A DNA stretch of 40,704 nt from Mollicutes bacterium. GTDB lineage: Bacteria > Bacillota_I > Bacilli_A > RF39 > UBA660. Shown piece by piece: positions 8,784 through 16,857 of this stretch; within the stretch, counting starts at the first letter, position 1; each line of letters begins with the position of its first letter. The stretch is from contig JAAYPA010000011.1 of NCBI GenBank assembly GCA_012520055.1, positions 1 through 40,704 of the forward strand, in the 5' to 3' direction. Below the pieces are notes generated by a model. The model had not been told where the DNA came from, did not search any database, and worked only from the letters and a program-made list of their open reading frames with translations. A program made the translations under genes and the position numbers.

Positions 8784-9468
8784 ATTAAAATATCCTTTAA
8801 AATATATTGCTATTACCAGTGGTTATAGATCAAAAAGCAGGCCAAATCATGCAGCTATCGATTTAGGTTGGAATAATAAGTATGGTGGTCAAAACGCACC
8901 AATTTATGCTCCGGCAAATGGTAAAGTAATATTAGTTGTGGATGGCAAAAACAATAATTTACAAAACTCCACCGATCCGGGTAATTTAATTAAAATTCAG
9001 CACTTAGATGGTTTAACCACCAGACTGATTCATTTAAAAAAAGGTAGCATTAAAGTTAAGGTTGGAGATATTGTAACTAAGGGGCAGCAGCTTGCTTTAA
9101 TGAATAGTAGTGGTTATGCCCTAGGTTCTCATCTACATTATGATGTTTGGTTAAATGGTATTAAAGTTAATCCAATAGATTATACTTATTACCATGATGA
9201 TCAAATAGTAAACTTGGATACTTTAAAAACATATCAATTAAAAAAATATCAGGAAGAAGAAGTAAATTCAGAATTTAAATTATATGATAAAGTAATTCCT
9301 ATTAACCTAATTAATTGGCAAGGTAAAAAAATAAAACAATATGATAAAGTTTATTATATAACCAAATTAGAACCGGAACGAAAAACAGTCGTTTTAAGTG
9401 CTTTAAGAAATAATAAATATCAAATATGGGCAAGATTAAATATTAATAATATTCAAAAGGTCAGTTAG
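8776..9468 (+). CDS. M23 (LytM/lysostaphin-type) peptidoglycan endopeptidase, endolysin-like, with a C-terminal binding module
   Basis: 230 aa. HxxxD (HAAIDLG) and HxH (GSHLHYDVW) zinc motifs. The C-terminal roughly 80 aa (KLYDKVIPINLINWQGKKIKQYDKVYYI) look SH3-like. Confidence 0.85.
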   Translation: MIKLKYPLKYIAITSGYRSKSRPNHAAIDLGWNNKYGGQNAPIYAPANGKVILVVDGKNNNLQNSTDPGNLIKIQHLDGLTTRLIHLKKGSIKVKVGDIVTKGQQLALMNSSGYALGSHLHYDVWLNGIKVNPIDYTYYHDDQIVNLDTLKTYQLKKYQEEEVNSEFKLYDKVIPINLINWQGKKIKQYDKVYYITKLEPERKTVVLSALRNNKYQIWARLNINNIQKVS

Positions 9469-9481
9469 ACTGACTTTTTTA
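9460..9481 (+). terminator. Intrinsic terminator of the lysis cassette
   Basis: GTCAGT tag ACTGAC followed by TTTTTT. The stop codon is in the loop. Confidence 0.7.
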
Positions 9482-9556
9482 TTTTGGATACATAAAATAA
9501 TTTAAGAGTTATTAAAATAATTCATTTGGGAATAACTAAAAATAGGAGGTATCCTT

Positions 9557-9982
9557 ATGGGAATTATTTTTGCCATCTTAGCCGGTTTACTTATGAGTAT
9601 TCAAGGAGTTTTTAATACTAGATTAATGAAATCATCCAATATGTGGATTACCAATGTCTGGGTTCATTTTAGTGCTTTTATAACTTGTATTATCATTTGG
9701 CTATTAACCGGCCCTAAAAATTTATTAACGGTATTTAATATTGAAAATAAATTGTATCTATTAGGAGGAATAATAGGTGCTTTTATTACTTTTACCGTAA
9801 TTAAAGGTATCGATAAACTTGGAGCAGCCCAAGCTACAATGATTATATTACTAGCCCAGTTATTAGTAGCTTATGTTATTGAAGTACTTGGTTTATTTGG
9901 TACTGAAAAGGTAGTATTCGAATGGACTAAACTAATGGGGGTAATACTAATGTTAGCCGGAATATTCATATTTAAAAAATAA
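9557..9982 (+). CDS. Small DMT-superfamily (DUF606/YdcZ-like) membrane protein
   Basis: 141 aa, AGGAGG RBS, 4-5 TM segments, glycine-rich helices typical of half-size DMT proteins. Confidence 0.6.
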   Translation: MGIIFAILAGLLMSIQGVFNTRLMKSSNMWITNVWVHFSAFITCIIIWLLTGPKNLLTVFNIENKLYLLGGIIGAFITFTVIKGIDKLGAAQATMIILLAQLLVAYVIEVLGLFGTEKVVFEWTKLMGVILMLAGIFIFKK

Positions 9983-9986
9983 AAAA

Positions 9987-10012
9987 AGATTGTCTAAACA
10001 ATCTATTTTATT
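9987..10012 (+). terminator. Hairpin terminator after the DMT gene
   Basis: AGATTGT ctaa ACAATCT followed by ATTTTATT. Confidence 0.5.
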
Positions 10013-10078
10013 AATTTGGTGCCAGTTAGATAAAGGTTGTTACCCCTATCTCTTAATGAAAAATATTTTTTAAATTAT

Positions 10079-10687
10079 TTACGATCTTTTTCCATCGATA
10101 AAATCTTGTTTCACAGTTTCTGGTGCAGTATTTGATAATACAACTAGATAAGATAGATCATTTTTGTCAATTATTACCGAAGCTGACCCTCTTTTTCCAG
10201 GTTGCCATACTAAAACTGCTTTGCCCTCAATAAATTCCTTTGCGCTATATTCATTCTCATTGTCATTAAATATTTCTTTTGCTTTATTTATAAATTTACT
10301 AAAAACCATATTTGTTATCTTTTTTAATAATCTATCATATATTCTTTCTTCTCTGTCTGAAGAATACGAACTTGACTCATTCTTTATTTTTCTTGTTTTT
10401 CCATCAATATTAACTTCAATGGTAGTTCCGGCATCAAAGACACTCGGTTCTGCATAGACTGATTCAAGTATATTTTCTTCATCTATCAGATACTTCTTTA
10501 TACTGTCCAAATCTTCTTGATTTAGAGTTCCGACTTTCATTATTTTATCTCCTGCTTGAAAGTCGTTAACAAATTGTATAACAGTTCCATCTTGTTTTAT
10601 AGCAATACCAGCATATCCTGGTTTATGTAATCCCCACCAATGTGATAAATAAACTAAAGCATTATTTGTTTCTTCTTTAATATTCAT
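10079..10687 (-). CDS. Hypothetical protein (202 aa)
   Basis: GGAGGA RBS 5-6 nt upstream of the ATG, and a TATAAT on the minus strand at 10714-10709. No family recognised. Confidence 0.65.
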   Translation of the reverse strand: MNIKEETNNALVYLSHWWGLHKPGYAGIAIKQDGTVIQFVNDFQAGDKIMKVGTLNQEDLDSIKKYLIDEENILESVYAEPSVFDAGTTIEVNIDGKTRKIKNESSSYSSDREERIYDRLLKKITNMVFSKFINKAKEIFNDNENEYSAKEFIEGKAVLVWQPGKRGSASVIIDKNDLSYLVVLSNTAPETVKQDFIDGKRS

Positions 10688-10780
10688 AATTTCCTCCTCT
10701 ATATTTCAATTATACTATAGTTGTTATTAAAATCATAGATTTTTTTATTTTGATTTACAAAAGCATTTATTTCTCTACAA

Positions 10781-11135
10781 GGTCATTTTATGACCTATCT
10801 CACTAGGGCATAGCCCATTCGTGAGTCACATTTTGCTTTGCCAAAATCTATAACCCCCTATGTATTTTGACACTACGTATCAAAATATGGGGGCTAAGGT
10901 TTAACACCTTAGAATCCGTTCCCCTTTATTCCGTATTGCCTTATTGCCACTGGCAATAATCCAAAACTTCATAAAGTATTGATGAAAATGTTTTCAACAT
11001 TTTCTTCCGTAGTCCGATTATCTTACTTTTTTAATATCTAGCATATTTCATTTTACAATCGGACATAGTAACTTTTTTATAAAAAAGTTATCAAAAAATC
11101 TCTCTCGGTAGGTAACATCAAAACACTGTTTTGAT
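10781..11135. other. GC-enriched array of at least 10 different perfect inverted repeats; candidate large structured RNA or ssDNA/protein-binding site
   Basis: Ten stems are read directly from the sequence; their coordinates are listed in the 10781-11135 finding. No ORF on either strand. A hand count gives 73/180 G+C over 10781-10960. Confidence 0.5.
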
Positions 11136-11159
11136 AAGTTCCCATTATATCTCTTTTTT

Positions 11160-11207
11160 ATATAAGTCAAGAATTGCACAAGCGACTTTGTCGTTCTTGA
11201 CTTATAT
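11160..11207 (-). terminator. Long hairpin 4 nt after the recombinase stop (no U-tail)
   Basis: ATATAAGTCAAGAA (11160-11173) / TTCTTGACTTATAT (11194-11207), with an inner CGAC ttt GTCG. On the minus strand its 3' arm provides TTGACT, followed 15 nt later by TATAAT (11149-11144). Confidence 0.4.
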
Positions 11208-11211
11208 TCTT

Positions 11212-12956
11212 CTACTGAACCACTATCTTGAAATCGTTTATTTCATTATCTTTCTTTATAGCATATATGAGTAATGTATTATTTCCTTTTAACTTTTCTA
11301 GTTCGCTCATTTGATTTTCACATTCGTAAGTTCTTGCTTTAACTATCCCGTTAAAATCATATACAGCTTTAGGTTTTAATTTCTTAACCAATTTATCAAA
11401 TTCTAATTCTTCATAAATTCCTTTGATTTCAAAAGTCTTACTTCGTTCATTGGCTTTTTCAATTAAATATTCACTAAAACTAAATAAGTCATTTTGTAAG
11501 AAGTCATTATAGAAGATCACTTTTTCGATCGTTATCTCATAATTGCCATCTATTTTGGCTTCAATTTCTTTGACATATTTTTGAATTATATCTCTTTTAG
11601 TTTCTCTTGTTAAGATATTCCAGATATTAGATATTTCATAGTTAGGTTGCTGTTCTCTTTTTTCAAACAAATCTTCAATATCATTATCAAATCTAAAAAG
11701 TTCTTCATCGCTTAATTTACTAATTTTATTGTTGATATTTTCTCGTTCTCTAATAATTTGATTTATTTTATTATCCAATAACTGCTTATTTAAACGATTA
11801 TCAGCAAATAGTGAGATAACATTATTTTCTTTTTTTACCAATTCATCTAATGCTTTTTCAAGTGATAACAATTCATTTTTACCTCTTAAATTAGGTATAT
11901 TGATTATGTTATCGTTAAGAATTGAAAACACACACAAGTCTTGTAATAATGGTAATAATTCTTTCTCAATCTTGCCTGTATTATATAGCTTTTTATAATC
12001 TTCACAATGTCTATTATGGCAAGTAAGATAATATGTTAATTTTATTCGTTTTCCTTTATGTTTTCTTGAAAAGTAATTACTCATAGGTTGATGACATTTA
12101 GGACATTTCACAACACCTCTAAATATGTGGATCTTCTCACCATAACCACCATTGGTATTTCTAATTATTTGGTCTTGAGCTTTTTCCCATACTTCTTTTG
12201 ATACAAGTGGTATGTGGTGATTTTCTATATAGACAACTTCTTCTTTTTTTCTTTTTGTTCTTCCCCAAGTAAGATCACCCTTATATATTGGATTTCTTAT
12301 AATGCCAATTATCGTATGTGGTCTTATACTAAAGTAATCAGTATATCTATTATCAACTTTTAACTCATCCATTATGTCTATACTAGACATACCACTTAAA
12401 TACATACTATAAATGTCTTTCACAACAAGCGAAGTAATTGGATCGGGTATCAATATACTGTTTTCATCTTTTTGATAGCCATAAGGGGCTTTATTTGGGT
12501 ATTTCCCCTGTCTTACAGCTTCTTCCATACCTCGTCTTGTTCTTCCTGCGATTTCTCGTCTTTCTCTTTGAGCAAACAACACATTCATACCATATAACAT
12601 TTCACCATTTGGTGTATTAATATCATAATTCTCATAAAGTAGGTCAATTGCACAATTATTTTCTTTACAATATTTTAAAAACCAGTGTCCATCATAACCT
12701 TCTCTTGTTAATCTATCTACTTTGATAGCACTACAACATCAATAATTCCACTTTTAATATCTTCTAACATTCGTTCCATATTTGGTCTTTTTAAATCTTT
12801 AGCACTATGCCCCGCATCATTATAAATATCTACTATTTCGTAGTTTTGTCTTTTACAATAATCTTTTAACTCTCTAACTTGTCCATCAATAGAATAACCA
12901 TAATCTCTTTGTTCTTCTGTTGATACTCTAACATATATTCCAGCTTTTAAATTCAT
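11212..12956 (-). pseudogene. Large serine recombinase (phage integrase type) interrupted by one frameshift
   Basis: The N-terminal resolvase domain (GIYVRVSTEEQ..., 12956-12717) ends at a TAG. The -1 frame continues VDRLTREGYDGH...LYGMNVLFAQRERREIAGRTRRG, then the recombinase domain, a zinc ribbon (CPKCHQ...CHNRHC) and a coiled coil down to 11212. The fused product would be about 581 aa. Confidence 0.85.
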
Positions 12957-13095
12957 TCAATCATCTCTCTTTCTCTCTCATATTTTTTAAAAGAAAAAGG
13001 CAAAGACAGTATATAGTTTATACATACTACTTCACCTTTTCAAAGAACATACTTTCGTTAATTGTCTATTTATTATAGACTTTTTTCTTTATTTG

Positions 13096-13392
13096 TCAAT
13101 GGTTTGTAGTAAGCATATTTCTGATGATCTCTTTTATTTGATTTAAAGTATAAGACTTTTTATGACTTGGTATGTAATATCTTTTACTATTTAGATTATC
13201 ACAAGCATAATGATAAATTGTTAAATTGATGTCTGGTATTTCATAAATGATTGGCTTGATCGTTTTGATATTAGTTTTCTTTATTTCTAATATTGCACCA
13301 TCAGTTATTTTGATAGTAGGTGGTCTTTCCCCTACGAAGTTTAGAAACTCCTTATCTGCTTTTAAATGTCTTATTGTTTTTAATTCCAACAT
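13096..13392 (-). CDS. Hypothetical 98-aa protein upstream of the recombinase
   Basis: GAAAGGAG RBS, same strand as the recombinase. No family recognised; a role as an excision or directionality factor is only a guess. Confidence 0.5.
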   Translation of the reverse strand: MLELKTIRHLKADKEFLNFVGERPPTIKITDGAILEIKKTNIKTIKPIIYEIPDINLTIYHYACDNLNSKRYYIPSHKKSYTLNQIKEIIRNMLTTNH

Positions 13393-13508
13393 AAAAATAG
13401 ATTGCTCCTTTCTTTAGGTAACAATCTATTTCTAACTGTTTTCTATAATTTGAATGCCACTCCCTTATAATCGTTATGATTACGAGGGGGTAGCAACTTC
13501 CTCATATC

Positions 13509-13585
13509 TGGTGACCCGTACGGGATTCGAACCCATGAATGCTGCCGTGAAAGGGCAGTGTGTTAAGCCTCTTCACCAACGGGCC
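13509..13585 (-). tRNA. tRNA-Glu (anticodon UUC), CCA encoded
   Basis: Reverse complement GGCCCGTTGGTGAAGAGGCTTAACACACTGCCCTTTCACGGCAGCATTCATGGGTTCGAATCCCGTACGGGTCACCA. Cloverleaf folds, loop CT-TTC-AC. Confidence 0.93.
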
Positions 13586-13597
13586 ATTAAATAAAAA

Positions 13598-13674
<77 letters not shown>

Positions 13675-13695
13675 GTACAACAAAAGACCTATTTC

Positions 13696-13724
13696 ATTTT
13701 ATAATAAAACTTATTATTTTGCAA
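13696..13724 (-). promoter_or_regulatory. Putative promoter of the tRNA-Ile/tRNA-Glu pair
   Basis: On the minus strand: TTGCAA (13724-13719), 17 nt, TAAAAT (13701-13696). Confidence 0.5.
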
Positions 13725-13795
13725 CAGTTTTTAGCCAAAATTCCATAAAAAAGCAACAAATTATCTATTAGAAATAAAAAATAATTCAAAATGAA

Positions 13796-14458
13796 TTATT
13801 CTTTAGCTACTATTTCTTGACAATTTTTATATATATGGTTTTCAGGAACATATCCTCTAATTCCATTAACTGGATAAATCGTAACATTTTGCCCTAATAC
13901 AGTACCGGGATTTAATACAGAATTACATCCTACTTCGGAATAATCACCAACTAAGGATCCAAATTTTCTAAGTTTAGTGTCTAAACACTCATTATTATTT
14001 TTAATTGTTACATTGGATTGATCTGCTTTTAAATTTGATATTACAACTCCGGCACCTAAATGAGATTTAAAACCTAAAATAGAATCACCTACATAATTAA
14101 AATGAGGTACCTGACTATTATTAAAAATAATAGAATTTTTAATTTCACAAGAGTTACCTATAATACAATTATTACCAATAATAACATTTTCTCTTATAAA
14201 TGCATTAACTCTGATTTCTGTTTTATGACCAATAATAGCTGGTCCGATAATTATTGCCGAAGGATGTACTGTAGCATCCTTAGCGATTGCTATATTATCA
14301 GTTATTGTATATTCATTAGGATCTAAACTTTTGATGATATTATATATAAAATCTTTTATTTCCGGTAATACTTCAAAAGGGTATTCTTTTTCTTCAATAT
14401 ATGTACCAGCTATACTTTCTTTACTTGCAAATAATTTATTATATTTGATTTCTTCCAT
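13796..14458 (-). CDS. Hexapeptide-repeat (left-handed beta-helix) acyl/acetyltransferase-like protein
   Basis: 220 aa. Many [LIV]-G-x-x-x-x repeats (IIGPAIIGHKTEIRVNAFIRENVIIGNNCIIGNSCEIKNSII...). Confidence 0.7.
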   Translation of the reverse strand: MEEIKYNKLFASKESIAGTYIEEKEYPFEVLPEIKDFIYNIIKSLDPNEYTITDNIAIAKDATVHPSAIIIGPAIIGHKTEIRVNAFIRENVIIGNNCIIGNSCEIKNSIIFNNSQVPHFNYVGDSILGFKSHLGAGVVISNLKADQSNVTIKNNNECLDTKLRKFGSLVGDYSEVGCNSVLNPGTVLGQNVTIYPVNGIRGYVPENHIYKNCQEIVAKE

Positions 14459-14525
14459 ATATTATCCTTTCTAAATATATTATAGCTAATTATAAATTAA
14501 TTATTAATAAAACTATTTATGAATT

Positions 14526-15320
14526 TTATTGTTCCGATTTACCTTTTTTAATTATATTTTCATTTTTTATGAAGAAATTATAACATTCTATAATTCCTTC
14601 ATCGATTGATTTTTGAGCTAATATATTTCTTAATTGATTAACAACTGATTCATTATCTATCATTTTTTTATAGAAAATATCATAAGAATTAATTTCAAAA
14701 TTATTAGTAAAATTTTTAAAAATATTATTGTTTAATAATGGATCAATTATAGCTTCACTTAAATACCATATCAGATGAGGATAATTATAATGACTTTCGT
14801 CGTTATCGTTGAATAATTGTTTCCATTTTTCAAAGTATATAAAGTGACATAATTCATGAATGACTATCATTCGCATTTCATTTAAATCATCAGTAATTTT
14901 TATATCAAATGTTCTTTGATTTATATATCTGGGACAAGCATTTAACACACCAATTCGAGCTATAATATTTGAAAAATCACTTGGCCAATTTATATTTAAT
15001 CTTTTAGATAATCCCTTCATTACATCATCATTAATCTCATTCCAATTTTGTTGGTATTTATCTATAATATCTTGTGATTTATCCATTTCTTTAGTCCAAC
15101 TATCTGCTAATATATTAAGTAGTATTTGGTTTATTTCATCCTTACTTAATTGGGAAAAATCATAATTACTAATTTCGGTAAAATGATTTTTAAAATACTT
15201 TGTGTTTTCTTTATCTTTATTTTGAGATTCACGAAAAATAAAATCTGTTATCACTTCAATATTTTCTTCAAAAGACATAATTTTAAATAATACTTTAGGG
15301 TAACTCATAATTATATTCAC
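14526..15320 (-). CDS. Hypothetical protein with an HExxH zinc-metallopeptidase motif
   Basis: 264 aa. IVIHELCHFIY is the only motif I recognise; family not assigned. Confidence 0.5.
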   Translation of the reverse strand: MNIIMSYPKVLFKIMSFEENIEVITDFIFRESQNKDKENTKYFKNHFTEISNYDFSQLSKDEINQILLNILADSWTKEMDKSQDIIDKYQQNWNEINDDVMKGLSKRLNINWPSDFSNIIARIGVLNACPRYINQRTFDIKITDDLNEMRMIVIHELCHFIYFEKWKQLFNDNDESHYNYPHLIWYLSEAIIDPLLNNNIFKNFTNNFEINSYDIFYKKMIDNESVVNQLRNILAQKSIDEGIIECYNFFIKNENIIKKGKSEQ

Positions 15321-15465
15321 CTCAAGTGTAACTATAACACTTTTTTCAAAAAAAGGAATTGATAAAATAATAAAAAATGTCCATTACTTACATTTCGCTG
15401 AAATAATCAATAAAAAAATGATAGTTAAATATTTGTCATGATTCTGTCAAAATTTGACAAATAAA

Positions 15466-15487
15466 AACTGTTTCTTAAAAAACAGTT
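15466..15487 (-). terminator. Terminator downstream of tRNA-Lys (hairpin is symmetric)
   Basis: AACTGTTT (15466-15473) / AAACAGTT (15480-15487). The minus-strand RNA is followed by UUUUAUUU. Confidence 0.55.
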
Positions 15488-15499
15488 CAATTTTTTGAT

Positions 15500-15575
15500 T
15501 GGTGTCCCCAGAGGGATTCGGACCCGCGACCCATCGCTTAAGAGGCGATTGCTCTACCAGCTGAGCTATGGAGAC
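15500..15575 (-). tRNA. tRNA-Lys (anticodon CUU) with an atypical T-arm
   Basis: Reverse complement GTCTCCATAGCTCAGCTGGTAGAGCAATCGCCTCTTAAGCGATGGGTCGCGGGTCCGAATCCCTCTGGGGACACCA. Loop CT-CTT-AA. The T-loop reads TCCGAAT rather than TTCGAAT, and the T-stem has one C-T mismatch. Confidence 0.8.
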
Positions 15576-15599
15576 AAAATAAAATTACTTATAAAGGTA

Positions 15600-15628
15600 A
15601 TTATACATTAAAAAGTTAAAATTTACAA
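15600..15628 (-). promoter_or_regulatory. Putative tRNA-Lys promoter
   Basis: On the minus strand: TTGTAA (15628-15623), 17 nt, TATAAT (15605-15600) preceded by TG. Confidence 0.55.
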
Positions 15629-16094
15629 TATCAATTTATATTACTATAAAAAAATAAACTTTTAATAAATGAAAGTTATAGCAAGGGAAATTTATTATTT
15701 ATATCTCATTTTATGTAAAATGTGTAAGTATGAAACAAAATCAAATTCCGTTAATATTATTTTTAGATAAACCGGTATGATTATCTTCATACTTGTGTCC
15801 AATAATATTTTTTTAATAACCTAAATTTAAATATAATTTTTAATTTATAAAAATATTTGTTATGATGATTATGGTTAGGGAGGTTTTGAAATATTTAGCT
15901 TACACTTTAAATAAAGCAAAAAAATAAATTTAGAAAGCAAATCTCTTAAATTTTGCTGATACTAATATAAAAGAAAAATAGAAATATTGTTTTGAAAAAA
16001 ATTGTTGAAAAAAGCAATACTATAAAAAATATTTGTGGAAAATAGAAAAGTGATATAATATTTATAAATTTCATTGTTTAGGGGGAATAATATA

Positions 16095-16849
16095 ATGAAT
16101 AATAATGAAAAAATTGAAAATTATAAACAAGAAATAAGAATCAAACAAAATATAGCATTATTGATAGAATAACAAAGATTTTAGGAATATATCGTAATAC
16201 CACTGATTTCACACCTTTTGAATTAACAGATGCACACGGATATATATTTGATGTAGCTAAAAAAACATTTCTAAATTTATTTGATGATTTAAGAAGTGTA
16301 TTAATTGAAAAGGGTTTTATAATCAATTTAACAAATAATGATGTTGACATTCCAACTGAAGATTTAAAGGTTCTTAAAGAAACAAATCCTGTAGTAAACA
16401 AAAGCATTGACGATTTTTACCAAAACATGAGTGTATCTTTCCAATATATTCAACATAGAACTGATACAAAAGCTGTTAATCTAATAATTTTATTGCTAGA
16501 AAATGGTCAAATTGAACAAGTTATAGAATTAATTGTGTCAGAAGACGTTCCTAACGAACTAAAAAAAGATATTCTGCAAAACATTATTTCAAATTATCCT
16601 AAGTTGTTAGTGAAGATGCCAGATATTATTCCTAGTTCATATTTCTATTATGATGGCAAATCAAATTTCAAAGAAAGATTTGAAAAAATCTTAAATCAAA
16701 ATTTAAAAGAAGTTCTAAATGATTCTTATTATATTGGAAAAATTATTAGAACACAAATAAACAGTGAATATACCGATGAACAAACAAGGTTTATGGTTAA
16801 AGGAGTAATTGAATTTTTTGTAAAACATAATTTGGTAGACATAAATTAA
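16095..16849 (+). pseudogene. Orphan gene of about 250 codons interrupted by a frameshift
   Basis: ATG at 16095 with a GGGGGA RBS and an extended -10 (TGaTATAAT, 16051-16059). That frame stops at TAA 16170-16172. The -1 frame is open from 16127 and runs without an ATG into the listed ORF 16427-16849. Confidence 0.5.
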
Positions 16850-16857
16850 ATTATTTG

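Larger units (their letters stand above)
8100..13508. mobile_element. Degenerate integrative or prophage-like element (boundaries uncertain)
   Basis: Phage-type lysis cassette (8121-9468), orphan genes, a frameshifted large serine recombinase (11212-12956), and tRNA-Glu immediately to the right. No capsid, tail or replication genes are present. Confidence 0.45.

Noticed and set aside
10781-11135. The hairpin array as a CRISPR array, tmRNA, RNase P RNA, SRP RNA or a group II intron fragment.
   Set aside because: Every stem has a different sequence and there is no repeat-spacer periodicity. I found no tRNA-like ends with a tag ORF, no GGAAAGTCC-type P4 element, no SRP GGAA/AGCA apical motif, and no domain V-like AGC hairpin. 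No RT or maturase gene is nearby.
13064-13086. Plus-strand hairpin with a T-run (GTCTAT ttatt ATAGAC TTTTTT) between two minus-strand genes, as an antisense terminator.
   Set aside because: The stem is a weak 6-bp AT-rich one, and I could find no plus-strand promoter or transcript that it would terminate.
11108-13445. Shared TAGGTAACA and ACTGTTTT words at 11108-11131 and 13416-13445 as a possible att core duplication.
   Set aside because: The two words are spaced differently (7 versus 11 nt), the surrounding sequence does not align, and such short matches are plausible by chance in AT-rich DNA.
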